DNA of 64,000 nucleotides. Source: Nitrospirota bacterium (GTDB lineage: Bacteria; Nitrospirota; Thermodesulfovibrionia; Thermodesulfovibrionales; Dissulfurispiraceae). The position numbers and the translations under genes were made by a program. The notes beneath the pieces were generated by a model. The model was not told the origin of the DNA and ran no database searches. It saw only the letters and a program-made list of their open reading frames with translations. Location of the stretch: the NCBI GenBank assembly GCA_963790025.1, contig CAWBMP010000003.1, forward strand, positions 160,001 through 224,000, given 5' to 3'. Shown here piece after piece: positions 19,256 through 27,366 of this stretch; the first letter of the stretch is position 1, and each line of letters opens with the position of its first letter.

Positions 19256-20281
19256 TCAATTGCCTTTACCGAAAGCGCAGTTGGGATACCGGCAAGGATC
19301 GCAGATAGTGCAAAGTCCTCCATGCGCCAGACGCGTAATGTCCTTGCGGGTAATCTCTTCGCCGGCCAAAATGCGGGGGGCTATCAGATCGAAAATCGTT
19401 GTCTTGTGATACATTACACAACCCGGCAGCCCCAGCACCGGAATATTCCCTATGTATGCCAGCATGAACATAGACCCCGGAAGCACAGGGGCACCGTAAG
19501 CGACAATGCGGCCGCAGGCTGCCCTTATCCCCGCCGGAGTGACGTCATCCGGATCGACCGACATGCCGCCGGTTGTTACGACCATTTCGGCGCCTTCCTG
19601 GATCAGGGTCTGAATTGCCTGCGCAATCATGTCTACGCTGTCGTCGACAAAAATACGCCGGAGGACCGTGCTTCCCAAGTCAGTCATCTTTGTTTCTATG
19701 ACCGGCCCGAACTGGTCCTTTATACGTCCATGGTAAACCTCGCTGCCGGTTGTAACGATGCCGACTTTCAAGGACCGAAGGGGTTTAATCTCAAAGACGG
19801 GATAGCATTTCCGCCCTATGGCTTCCACGCAGCTTATCTTTTCGGTATCTATCACAAGCGGAACTACCCGGCAGCCTGCAACGACCTTTCCGGCTGTTAC
19901 GATCTGGTTTGAGTGTATCGAAGCCAATGCGATCTGTTCTATATCGTTCATCTCTTCCAGCGCACCCGTGTTGATCTTCAAAAGACCCTTTGTTTCGGCC
20001 TTCAACTCAACCTTGCCCTCGACAGGATCGGTTAAGGTAATACCGGGGCCGGCCGCGGCCTTTGCCAGCCTTATAGCCGCGTCATTTTCATGCAGAGTAT
20101 TCTCATCCAGTTCCCAGACGTAAAGATGCTCCTTGCCGAGGTCCAACAGCTTTGGGATGTCTTCACGCTGTATAATATGCCCCTTCTTGAATGCCCTTCC
20201 CTTGAATTTGTTATGAACGATTTCCGTTATATCGTGGCATAATATAGTACCTTCCGCTTCATGCACCGATATTGTTTTCAT
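19256..20281 (-). CDS. molybdopterin-binding protein (MoeA/MoCF_biosynth domain) with C-terminal Cys cluster
   Basis: TGSEVY, TGGMSVDPDD, YGAPVLPG, GLPGC, HGGLCTICDPCRYPNC. Confidence 0.85.
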   Translation of the reverse strand: MKTISVHEAEGTILCHDITEIVHNKFKGRAFKKGHIIQREDIPKLLDLGKEHLYVWELDENTLHENDAAIRLAKAAAGPGITLTDPVEGKVELKAETKGLLKINTGALEEMNDIEQIALASIHSNQIVTAGKVVAGCRVVPLVIDTEKISCVEAIGRKCYPVFEIKPLRSLKVGIVTTGSEVYHGRIKDQFGPVIETKMTDLGSTVLRRIFVDDSVDMIAQAIQTLIQEGAEMVVTTGGMSVDPDDVTPAGIRAACGRIVAYGAPVLPGSMFMLAYIGNIPVLGLPGCVMYHKTTIFDLIAPRILAGEEITRKDITRLAHGGLCTICDPCRYPNCAFGKGN

Positions 20282-20437
20282 CCAATCTCTCCTTTATATA
20301 GCATATTGCTAATCATATCACCTCATCAGGGATAGTGCAACCCCGGTTCGGATATACCAAATTAAATGGTGATCTCTGCAGCAGGCCGCGGATGTTCTGG
20401 CAGGCAGCCGGAAATATAAAGTGATATAATTGATCTC

Positions 20438-21178
20438 ATGGCTTCGGCAAAAACAGCTGGAATAATCATCATCGGCGATGAGATATTGACCGGAAAGGTC
20501 CAGGATACCAATACCTTTTTTCTCACAGGGGAACTCTGGTCCCGGGGCGTAACGGTCCGCCGCATCTCGGTAATTCCGGACATTGTCCATGAGATAGCGG
20601 ACGAAGTGAGTGTTTTTTCGGAAAAATACGACTTCGTATTCACATCCGGCGGCATCGGGCCGACCCACGACGACGTGACTATCGAAGGCATCTCTCTTGC
20701 GTTTGGCGTAAGACCGGTGATAAACGACATCCTGAAGCGAATGCTTGAACAGAAGAGTAAAGACCTTACGCCTGCGCGGCTGAAGATGGCTGAGGTGCCC
20801 GAAGGCGCTGAACTTCTCGACGCAGACGGCCTGATTTTCCCTCTTATCAAATTCAGGAATGTATTTATCTTCCCCGGTATACCCGAACTGCTGAGGAAAA
20901 AATTCCATGCCATCAAAGAACATTTCAACGGGCCGAAAATATTTCTTCGGAAGGTCTATTTCAACGAATTGGAATCAGTTCTGGCGCCTCATCTCAGTGA
21001 AATTGTCAGACTCAAAAAGGGCATCAAGGTCGGCTCTTATCCTGTTATTGATAACCAGGATTATTCGGTCATGGTCACTCTTGAATCCACCAACGGGGAG
21101 GAACTCGATTCCGCAGTCCGCCTTCTTCTCGGGAAAGTACCCCAAGAGAAAGTTGTTCGTGTGGCAGGGGCCGATTGA
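20438..21178 (+). CDS. CinA N-terminal-like molybdopterin-binding / FAD pyrophosphatase family protein
   Basis: IIGDEILTG...DTN, SGGIGPTHDDVT, FPGIP. Confidence 0.85.
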   Translation: MASAKTAGIIIIGDEILTGKVQDTNTFFLTGELWSRGVTVRRISVIPDIVHEIADEVSVFSEKYDFVFTSGGIGPTHDDVTIEGISLAFGVRPVINDILKRMLEQKSKDLTPARLKMAEVPEGAELLDADGLIFPLIKFRNVFIFPGIPELLRKKFHAIKEHFNGPKIFLRKVYFNELESVLAPHLSEIVRLKKGIKVGSYPVIDNQDYSVMVTLESTNGEELDSAVRLLLGKVPQEKVVRVAGAD

Positions 21179-21190
21179 TGCAGCGCTTCC

Positions 21191-22498
21191 ATGAATAAAG
21201 AGAAATCCAAAACTGTACGTAAATCTTCGGATTTGCAGACTATTGAAGTCGCAAAAAACATTCTGGAAGGCAAGGACAAGAAAAACCTCCTGGCGCGACT
21301 CATGCCTTTCCTGGGTCCGGCCTTTATCGCCAGTGTGGCTTATGTCGATCCGGGTAATTTCGCAACAAATATCCAGGGCGGCGCGGAATTCGGGTATTTG
21401 CTGTTATGGGTGATTGTCGCCAGTAATCTGATGGCAATGCTCATCCAGACACTATCGGCCAAGTTGGGCATAGCAACCGGAATGAATCTGGCTGAGCACT
21501 GCAGGACCAATTTCTCAAAGCCGGTAGTCATTGGCATGTGGTTACTGATGGAAGTGGTGGCCATGGCTACCGACCTGGCAGAGTTTTTGGGGGCCTCTTT
21601 GGGGTTTAATCTGTTGTTGGGAGTACCTCTTCTGGTTGGCGCCATCCTCACCGGGATTTCGACGCTCATTATCCTTGGCCTCGAACGGTATGGATTCCGG
21701 CCGCTGGAAGCGGTTATCTCCTCCATGGTAGGCGTGATTGCCCTGTGTTATCTGGTCGAAACCTCTATCGATAAACCGGCCTGGGGAAAGATACTGTACC
21801 ACTCAGTCGTTCCCCAATTTTCGGGATCGGAAAGCGTGCTTTTGGCCACCGGGATATTGGGTGCCACTGTCATGCCGCATGCTATTTTTTTGCATTCCGC
21901 CTTGACTCAGGGTCGCATCGTGGTCAGGGACAGAATACAGTTGCAAAGCCTGTATCATTACGAGATTGCGGATGTAGTTATAGCCATGGGAATTGCAAGT
22001 CTTGTCAATGCCGCTATGCTGATAATGGCAGCCTCAACGTTCCACGAAAAGGGGTTTTCGAACATTGCATCTATTGAAGAGGCATATCGAACACTGGAAC
22101 CCCTTCTGGGAAAGGCCTCGAAGTGGGTTTTTTCCATTTCGCTGCTCGTCTCGGGACTGTCGTCGTCAACAGTGGGGACCAGTGCCGGTCAAGTCATCAT
22201 GCAGGGTTTTCTCAAACGACACATCCCGATATGGATAAGGAGGCTGGTGACAATGCTGCCCGCTATGGTTGTAATCGGGGTGGGTTTGGATCCGACACGC
22301 ACGCTTGTAATCAGCCAGGTGGTACTGAGTTTGGGATTGCCGTTTGCCATTATTCCACTGGTAATGTTTACGCGCAGCAGGGACATAATGGGGGAACTGG
22401 TTAATAAAGGAATTACTACGGCAATTACCTGCGTAATCGCAGCGTTAATAATCGCGCTGAATCTTTACCTTATTTATGATACGCTATTTAAGAGGTGA
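21191..22498 (+). CDS. mntH: Nramp divalent metal (Mn2+/Fe2+) transporter
   Basis: YVDPGNFATN and GATVMPH signature motifs, ~11 TM helices. Confidence 0.95.
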   Translation: MNKEKSKTVRKSSDLQTIEVAKNILEGKDKKNLLARLMPFLGPAFIASVAYVDPGNFATNIQGGAEFGYLLLWVIVASNLMAMLIQTLSAKLGIATGMNLAEHCRTNFSKPVVIGMWLLMEVVAMATDLAEFLGASLGFNLLLGVPLLVGAILTGISTLIILGLERYGFRPLEAVISSMVGVIALCYLVETSIDKPAWGKILYHSVVPQFSGSESVLLATGILGATVMPHAIFLHSALTQGRIVVRDRIQLQSLYHYEIADVVIAMGIASLVNAAMLIMAASTFHEKGFSNIASIEEAYRTLEPLLGKASKWVFSISLLVSGLSSSTVGTSAGQVIMQGFLKRHIPIWIRRLVTMLPAMVVIGVGLDPTRTLVISQVVLSLGLPFAIIPLVMFTRSRDIMGELVNKGITTAITCVIAALIIALNLYLIYDTLFKR

Positions 22499-22506
22499 TA
22501 CTTACC

Positions 22507-23412
22507 ATGTTCAGGCATATACTAGTCCCGTTAGACGGCTCCAGATTGGCAGAAGCGGCACTGCCTGCGGCCGCCTTTCTGTCAAAGAAATTCAATGCGC
22601 TTGTGACTCTCGCTCACGTAATAGAAAGGAATGCTCCCAGCGAGGTCCACGGACAGCCCCATCTGAGAAATTCCGAAGAGGCAACAGCCTATTTAAAAGA
22701 CGTCGCCCTGAGGGCTTTTCCGCCGGTGGTACAGGTCGATTTTCATGTGCATACATCAGGAGTTGACAATGTGGCTGAAAGCATCGTTGAGCACGCAGAT
22801 GAATTGCACCATGACCTGATTATCATGTGCTCCCACGGTCGCGGCAAGGCTATTCACCTGTTTCTTGGAAGCATTGCGCAAGAGGTTATTTCAATGGGGT
22901 CCCTTCCAGTACTTGTGACGCGCCCCGACAAGGACGCAGCTATTCCTGAGTTTTCCTGTAAATCCCTGCTGTTGCCTTTGGACGGCGACCCGGACCATGC
23001 ACAGTCCCTGCCGGTCTCGAAGGAGTTGGCAAGGGTATGCGGCGCAAAACTGCATTTGGCTGTGGTCATTCCGGGTTTCGGTGACCTTTCAGGCCAGGGG
23101 GCGGTGACCAGCCGGTTTTTACCCGGAACGATGTCTAAAATATTGGAAATGTCTGTTCAAAACGCTGACGAGTATCTTCAGCAGCAGTTGGAAGAGCTTC
23201 GGCAAGAAGGTTTTGAAGCAAGCGCCCAAGTGCTCAGGGGAGATCCGGCCTTCGTAATAGATGATTCAGCCAGACAATTTCAAATTGACCTTATTATCAT
23301 GGCGACCCATGGGAAAACAGGTATGGACGCTTTCTGGTCAGGGAGTGTGAGCCATAAAGTATCGGGCCGAAGCAGCGTGCCGATACTGCTGATACCGGTC
23401 AGGAAGAAATGA
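22507..23412 (+). CDS. tandem universal stress protein
   Basis: Two Usp domains: ILVPLDGS...MCSHGRG...GSIA and LLPLDG...MATHGKTG...GSVS. Confidence 0.9.
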   Translation: MFRHILVPLDGSRLAEAALPAAAFLSKKFNALVTLAHVIERNAPSEVHGQPHLRNSEEATAYLKDVALRAFPPVVQVDFHVHTSGVDNVAESIVEHADELHHDLIIMCSHGRGKAIHLFLGSIAQEVISMGSLPVLVTRPDKDAAIPEFSCKSLLLPLDGDPDHAQSLPVSKELARVCGAKLHLAVVIPGFGDLSGQGAVTSRFLPGTMSKILEMSVQNADEYLQQQLEELRQEGFEASAQVLRGDPAFVIDDSARQFQIDLIIMATHGKTGMDAFWSGSVSHKVSGRSSVPILLIPVRKK

Positions 23413-23419
23413 TGCCTTA

Positions 23420-23581
23420 GTGCTTCAGTTCATAAATACGGTGTCGCACAGAGAGCGTCGATGCATCCACGCCGGCAAGGCGCGCGACTGAGGCGTACCG
23501 TTGTGTACGGCGAAGGAGCGCAACGAAGCTGGAGCGGATGCAGCGGCGCTCGAATGCAACCGTATTTATGAATTGAAGTAC
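23420..23581. mobile_element. MITE-like element, copy 2 (opposite orientation, no nested insert)
   Basis: TIRs GTGCTTCAGTTCATAAATACGGT / ACCGTATTTATGAATTGAAGTAC; lies between convergent usp and bactofilin genes. Confidence 0.8.
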
Positions 23582-23962
23582 TTAGTTCCCCATAGATTCT
23601 TTAGAGGGGAAATCAACTATTTTGGTCTCATCCTTCTGTACAAGAGAACGCCCTTCAAAAACACCGCCTTCGGCAACAGACAGTTTTCTTGTGCTGATAT
23701 CTCCTATGAGTTGACCGGTATTTTTAATCTCGATAAGCTCTTCAGCCTTTACATTGCCGATTACCTTGCCGCCGACGATCACCGAGCGCGCTGTTATGTC
23801 CCCTTTAATTGAGCCCTTGTCACCGAGAATCACCCAATCAGCAACGATATTGCCGTTAAAAACACCATCAATTCTAAAAGTACCTTGAGTTGCTATATCG
23901 CCCTTGAATTCAGAATTGGGTCCTATAAGGGCCTCAAGTTTACTATTTTTGTTTGTGAACAT
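23582..23962 (-). CDS. bactofilin (polymer-forming cytoskeletal protein)
   Basis: Repeated G-x-I/V-x-G-x-I beta-helix motifs; typical position after an M23 peptidase. Confidence 0.9.
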   Translation of the reverse strand: MFTNKNSKLEALIGPNSEFKGDIATQGTFRIDGVFNGNIVADWVILGDKGSIKGDITARSVIVGGKVIGNVKAEELIEIKNTGQLIGDISTRKLSVAEGGVFEGRSLVQKDETKIVDFPSKESMGN

Positions 23963-24809
23963 TCTTTGCCTCCATGATGAATTCCCGTGGGTTTATCGCT
24001 TTGCCGTTGTGCCGGACTTCATAGTGAACATGCGGTCCGGTAGAATCCCCGGTAGAGCCCGAGTGGGAGATAATATCACCCCTCCTGACCTTTTCCCCCA
24101 CCTTGACGGCAATAGAAGTATTATGCGCATAAAATGTGGCATTACCGAAGCCGTGTTCTATTACTACCAGATTTCCGCTGCCTGTGCTCCAGCCGGCAAA
24201 GCTGACGATTCCATCAGCTGTGACCCGCACCGGAGTTCCGGCCGGAACTGATATATCAAGGCCCGAATGGAATTCCGGGCTGCCGTCTCTCGGGTTTTCC
24301 CTCGGTCCGAATTCCGATGTAACCCTGCCGTCGACGGGCCATCCTTTCGGTGTCGCCACATAAATATCTTTCTGTCCTTTTAAGAAATCTTTTATGGCCC
24401 CGACATTTTCAATTGTCTTCTTTATTTGTTCCTGTAAGAGGTCCATGTCGATTGAACCCTCATCGTGGGCCGTGACTTTGCTATCAACATTTTCAAGAAT
24501 TTTGTCCTTGCTCTTGAAGGAAAGCAACCTTTCAAATTCCGCCTCGGTATTCTTCAGGGTTGTCATAGTGGATTGTAATTCAGAGAAACGGGCCGTATAA
24601 AAACTCAGTTTGTCTTTCATGCGGTAGTATTCAACTGTGCCGACTGCGGCAGATATAATATATACTGTTCCCACGAACCACAGAAAAACCGAAAAAATAA
24701 TGCCGATCGAGGGCAATTTAAAATTGATGGTTCGCTTGCTGTCATGGGGAATGAGCATTATGCTGACTGGTGTAAAAAGCTTTTTTAGTAGCCTTTTTGC
24801 CTTATACAT
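23943..24809 (-). CDS. M23 family peptidase (membrane-anchored, coiled coil)
   Basis: HSGLD and HVHYE zinc motifs; start placed at the ATG overlapping the purM stop. Confidence 0.9.
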   Translation of the reverse strand: MYKAKRLLKKLFTPVSIMLIPHDSKRTINFKLPSIGIIFSVFLWFVGTVYIISAAVGTVEYYRMKDKLSFYTARFSELQSTMTTLKNTEAEFERLLSFKSKDKILENVDSKVTAHDEGSIDMDLLQEQIKKTIENVGAIKDFLKGQKDIYVATPKGWPVDGRVTSEFGPRENPRDGSPEFHSGLDISVPAGTPVRVTADGIVSFAGWSTGSGNLVVIEHGFGNATFYAHNTSIAVKVGEKVRRGDIISHSGSTGDSTGPHVHYEVRHNGKAINPREFIMEAKNVHKQK

Positions 24810-25836
24810 AGCGTATTTTTTCCGTCTCTCCTTTTTCAACAGTACCAATATGGTATGCATCAAAGCCATATTGCCTCAGTCTTGAAATGGACAGCTCAGA
24901 AACTTTTTCAGGTATAACTATAACATAACCGACACCCAAATTAAAGGTTTTTTTCATCTCGCCATCCGAAATATTGCCGAGCTCCTGCAGCATCGTGAAG
25001 ACGCGCGGTACGGGCCAAGAGTCCTTTTTTACCACGGCCGTAAGTCCATCTCCTATAATTCTCGGCACGTTGCCGGTGATCCCACCCCCCGTTATATGGG
25101 CCATACCCCTTATATCGGCATAGGCTGCAATCGCTTTAACAGCGTTGACATATATTTTTGTCGGTGCAAGCAGTATTTCTCCGAGCGGGGCGTTTAACTC
25201 AGGCAGGTACTTGTCGACTGTAAACTGCGCAGCTTCAAAAAATATTTTCCGCGCCAGGGAATATCCATTGCTGTGAAAACCGCTCGACGCGACACCGATA
25301 ATCGCATCACCCGCCTCGATGCGCTCACCGTTGATGATCCCGCTTTTCTCGACCACTCCCACGGCAAAGCCGGCAAGATCGTATTCTTTGGCCTGGTAAA
25401 AACCGGGCATTTCAGCGGTCTCCCCCCCGATAAGGGCGCAGCCGGCCTCATTGCAGCCGTCGGCTATGCCCTTCACCACATCTTTAGCCTTATCGGCATC
25501 AAGCTTCCCGGTAGCAAAATAATCGAGGAAAAAAAGCGGCTCGGCGCCGAGGGTCAGTATATCGTTAACACACATGGCCACCAGGTCGATGCCCACGGTA
25601 TCGTGCTTGTTCATTAGAAAGGCAATCTTGAGTTTTGTACCCACGCCGTCCGTACCGCTGACCAGCACCGGCTCTTTATAGCGTACAGTATCCAGCTTAA
25701 ATAACGCGCCGAAGGAACCGATATCGGTGAGCACTTCGGGCCTGAATGTTTTTTTTACAATAGGCGAGATAAGCTGAACAAGGCGCTCACCCTCGTCAAT
25801 ATCAACACCGGCTTTCTTATAAGTAAATTCTTCCAT
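24802..25836 (-). CDS. purM: phosphoribosylformylglycinamidine cyclo-ligase
   Basis: YKKAGVD, GTDGVGTK, GGETAEMPG, HSNGYSL, HITGGG. Confidence 0.97.
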   Translation of the reverse strand: MEEFTYKKAGVDIDEGERLVQLISPIVKKTFRPEVLTDIGSFGALFKLDTVRYKEPVLVSGTDGVGTKLKIAFLMNKHDTVGIDLVAMCVNDILTLGAEPLFFLDYFATGKLDADKAKDVVKGIADGCNEAGCALIGGETAEMPGFYQAKEYDLAGFAVGVVEKSGIINGERIEAGDAIIGVASSGFHSNGYSLARKIFFEAAQFTVDKYLPELNAPLGEILLAPTKIYVNAVKAIAAYADIRGMAHITGGGITGNVPRIIGDGLTAVVKKDSWPVPRVFTMLQELGNISDGEMKKTFNLGVGYVIVIPEKVSELSISRLRQYGFDAYHIGTVEKGETEKIRYV

Positions 25837-25943
25837 AATATGCGGGAAATAAACTAACTTTGAGGCCTAATTAAGATACCATAATGAGGGTATTTAGGTC
25901 ACGCAACGACCGTAAAGGGTAGTGGGAAGGGATGAAAGCGGTA

Positions 25944-26774
25944 CTATGAAATGATCTTCATGCTTATATCCACTGCCCTCGCTGAATGGGTCAATGCGCC
26001 GATGGATATCAGGTCAACTCCTGTTTCTGCAATTGTTCTGACATTATTAATATTTACATTGCCTGAAGCCTCTATAAGCGCCCTGCCCTTTGTGATCTTT
26101 ACAGCCTGTGCCATTTCGTCCAAAGACATATTATCGAGCATGATCACATCGGCTCCTGCGTCCAGTGCTTCCCTGAGTTCATCGAAATTCCCGACTTCTA
26201 CCTCTATCTTCATCAAATGATGGGCCTTTTTTGCCAGCCCCACCGCTTCTTTCACCCCTCCGGCAATGCGGATGTGATTATCTTTTATAAGAACGCCGTC
26301 GTAAAGCCCGTAACGATGATTATCGCCGCCCCCTGTCTGCACGCCGTATTTATCCATAAAACGCATTCCAGGCGCGGTCTTCCGGGTATCAACTATTTTC
26401 ACCGGCAGGTCCGAGACGAGACTTTTGAATGTATGGGTTAATGTTGCGATGCCCGATACCCGCTGCAATATATTAAGCGCCGTCCGCTCCCCTGCCAGCA
26501 GACCCCGCGCATTTCCTGTCACTTCTGCTATTTCGCTGCCCTTTGCTATATCAATCCCTTCTTCAAAGAAAACTTTCACGTCTATACGGGGATCAATGAT
26601 CAAAAAAACCTCTCTGACAAAAGGCATTCCGGCCAGAATAAGGTCTTCTTTAGCGCGGATAATTGCCTTTGCTTCCTTACTTGCAGGCACAATCAGCAAT
26701 GAGGTGATATCGCCATGCCCCAGATCTTCAGAAAGGGCAATATGTATTGTTTCCCTGACTAATCCGGAAAACAT
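25944..26774 (-). CDS. nadC: nicotinate-nucleotide pyrophosphorylase
   Basis: EDLGHGDITS, ERTALN, DTRKT, LIKDNH, MLDN, GALTHS; start at MFSGL. Confidence 0.95.
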   Translation of the reverse strand: MFSGLVRETIHIALSEDLGHGDITSLLIVPASKEAKAIIRAKEDLILAGMPFVREVFLIIDPRIDVKVFFEEGIDIAKGSEIAEVTGNARGLLAGERTALNILQRVSGIATLTHTFKSLVSDLPVKIVDTRKTAPGMRFMDKYGVQTGGGDNHRYGLYDGVLIKDNHIRIAGGVKEAVGLAKKAHHLMKIEVEVGNFDELREALDAGADVIMLDNMSLDEMAQAVKITKGRALIEASGNVNINNVRTIAETGVDLISIGALTHSARAVDISMKIIS

Positions 26775-26779
26775 CTTTC

Positions 26780-27271
26780 TTATCGCCGTCTGAATAAAGA
26801 AAAGAGTCCGAATATCCCACCGGCAACGGCCCCGATGGCAAGTGCACTGTGCCAATCGAGGAGCGTGGTCACAGTCCCATTTATATTTTTGCCGATCATG
26901 AGAATCGAGGTACTGTTATTGGCGTTGACCTCATTGGAAACTATGACACCGACAGCACTTTTGTTTGCATTGATTTCTCCGGAAGACACGGCAACCGGCA
27001 CAAATGAGAAGTTCAGATCCGTCCTGTCGCCTGCGGCAAGTAAGCCGATGCTCTGGTTCAGGGTAAGTGTTTCGCCTCTCATGAGCACGGCCGCCCCCTG
27101 AGTAACCTCTATGCGCTCGCCATCGATGCTCAGCGAGCCCACCTGCTGCAGCTCTATATGACCTCCGTCTACAGCCCGAACAGTGCTTTGCTTAATAGTC
27201 ACAAATTCAGCCTCGACAAGGTCAAGGGCCTTGCCTTCTATATCCATCATCTCTTTTTCCATTGCATCCAC
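26780..27271 (-). CDS. hypothetical protein with beta-rich repeats and a C-terminal membrane anchor
   Basis: GGAGG RBS, fits the valS-nadC operon, hydrophobic C-terminus ending RRR. Confidence 0.6.
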   Translation of the reverse strand: MDAMEKEMMDIEGKALDLVEAEFVTIKQSTVRAVDGGHIELQQVGSLSIDGERIEVTQGAAVLMRGETLTLNQSIGLLAAGDRTDLNFSFVPVAVSSGEINANKSAVGVIVSNEVNANNSTSILMIGKNINGTVTTLLDWHSALAIGAVAGGIFGLFSLFRRR

Positions 27272-27366
27272 CTCCGTTTTTTTTAAAACAATTTATGAGT
27301 ATAAGAGTAAATAAGTGAAAAGAAGTTTTTATTACCGATATACCCATCTACTACCCATTTACTATA

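Noticed and set aside
16151..20923. Long antisense ORFs (e.g. 16151-17095, 18815-19912, 20318-20923; also 30310-31110, 43548-44513, 60579-61487)
   Set aside because: Shadow frames of well-supported genes, with no recognisable motifs.
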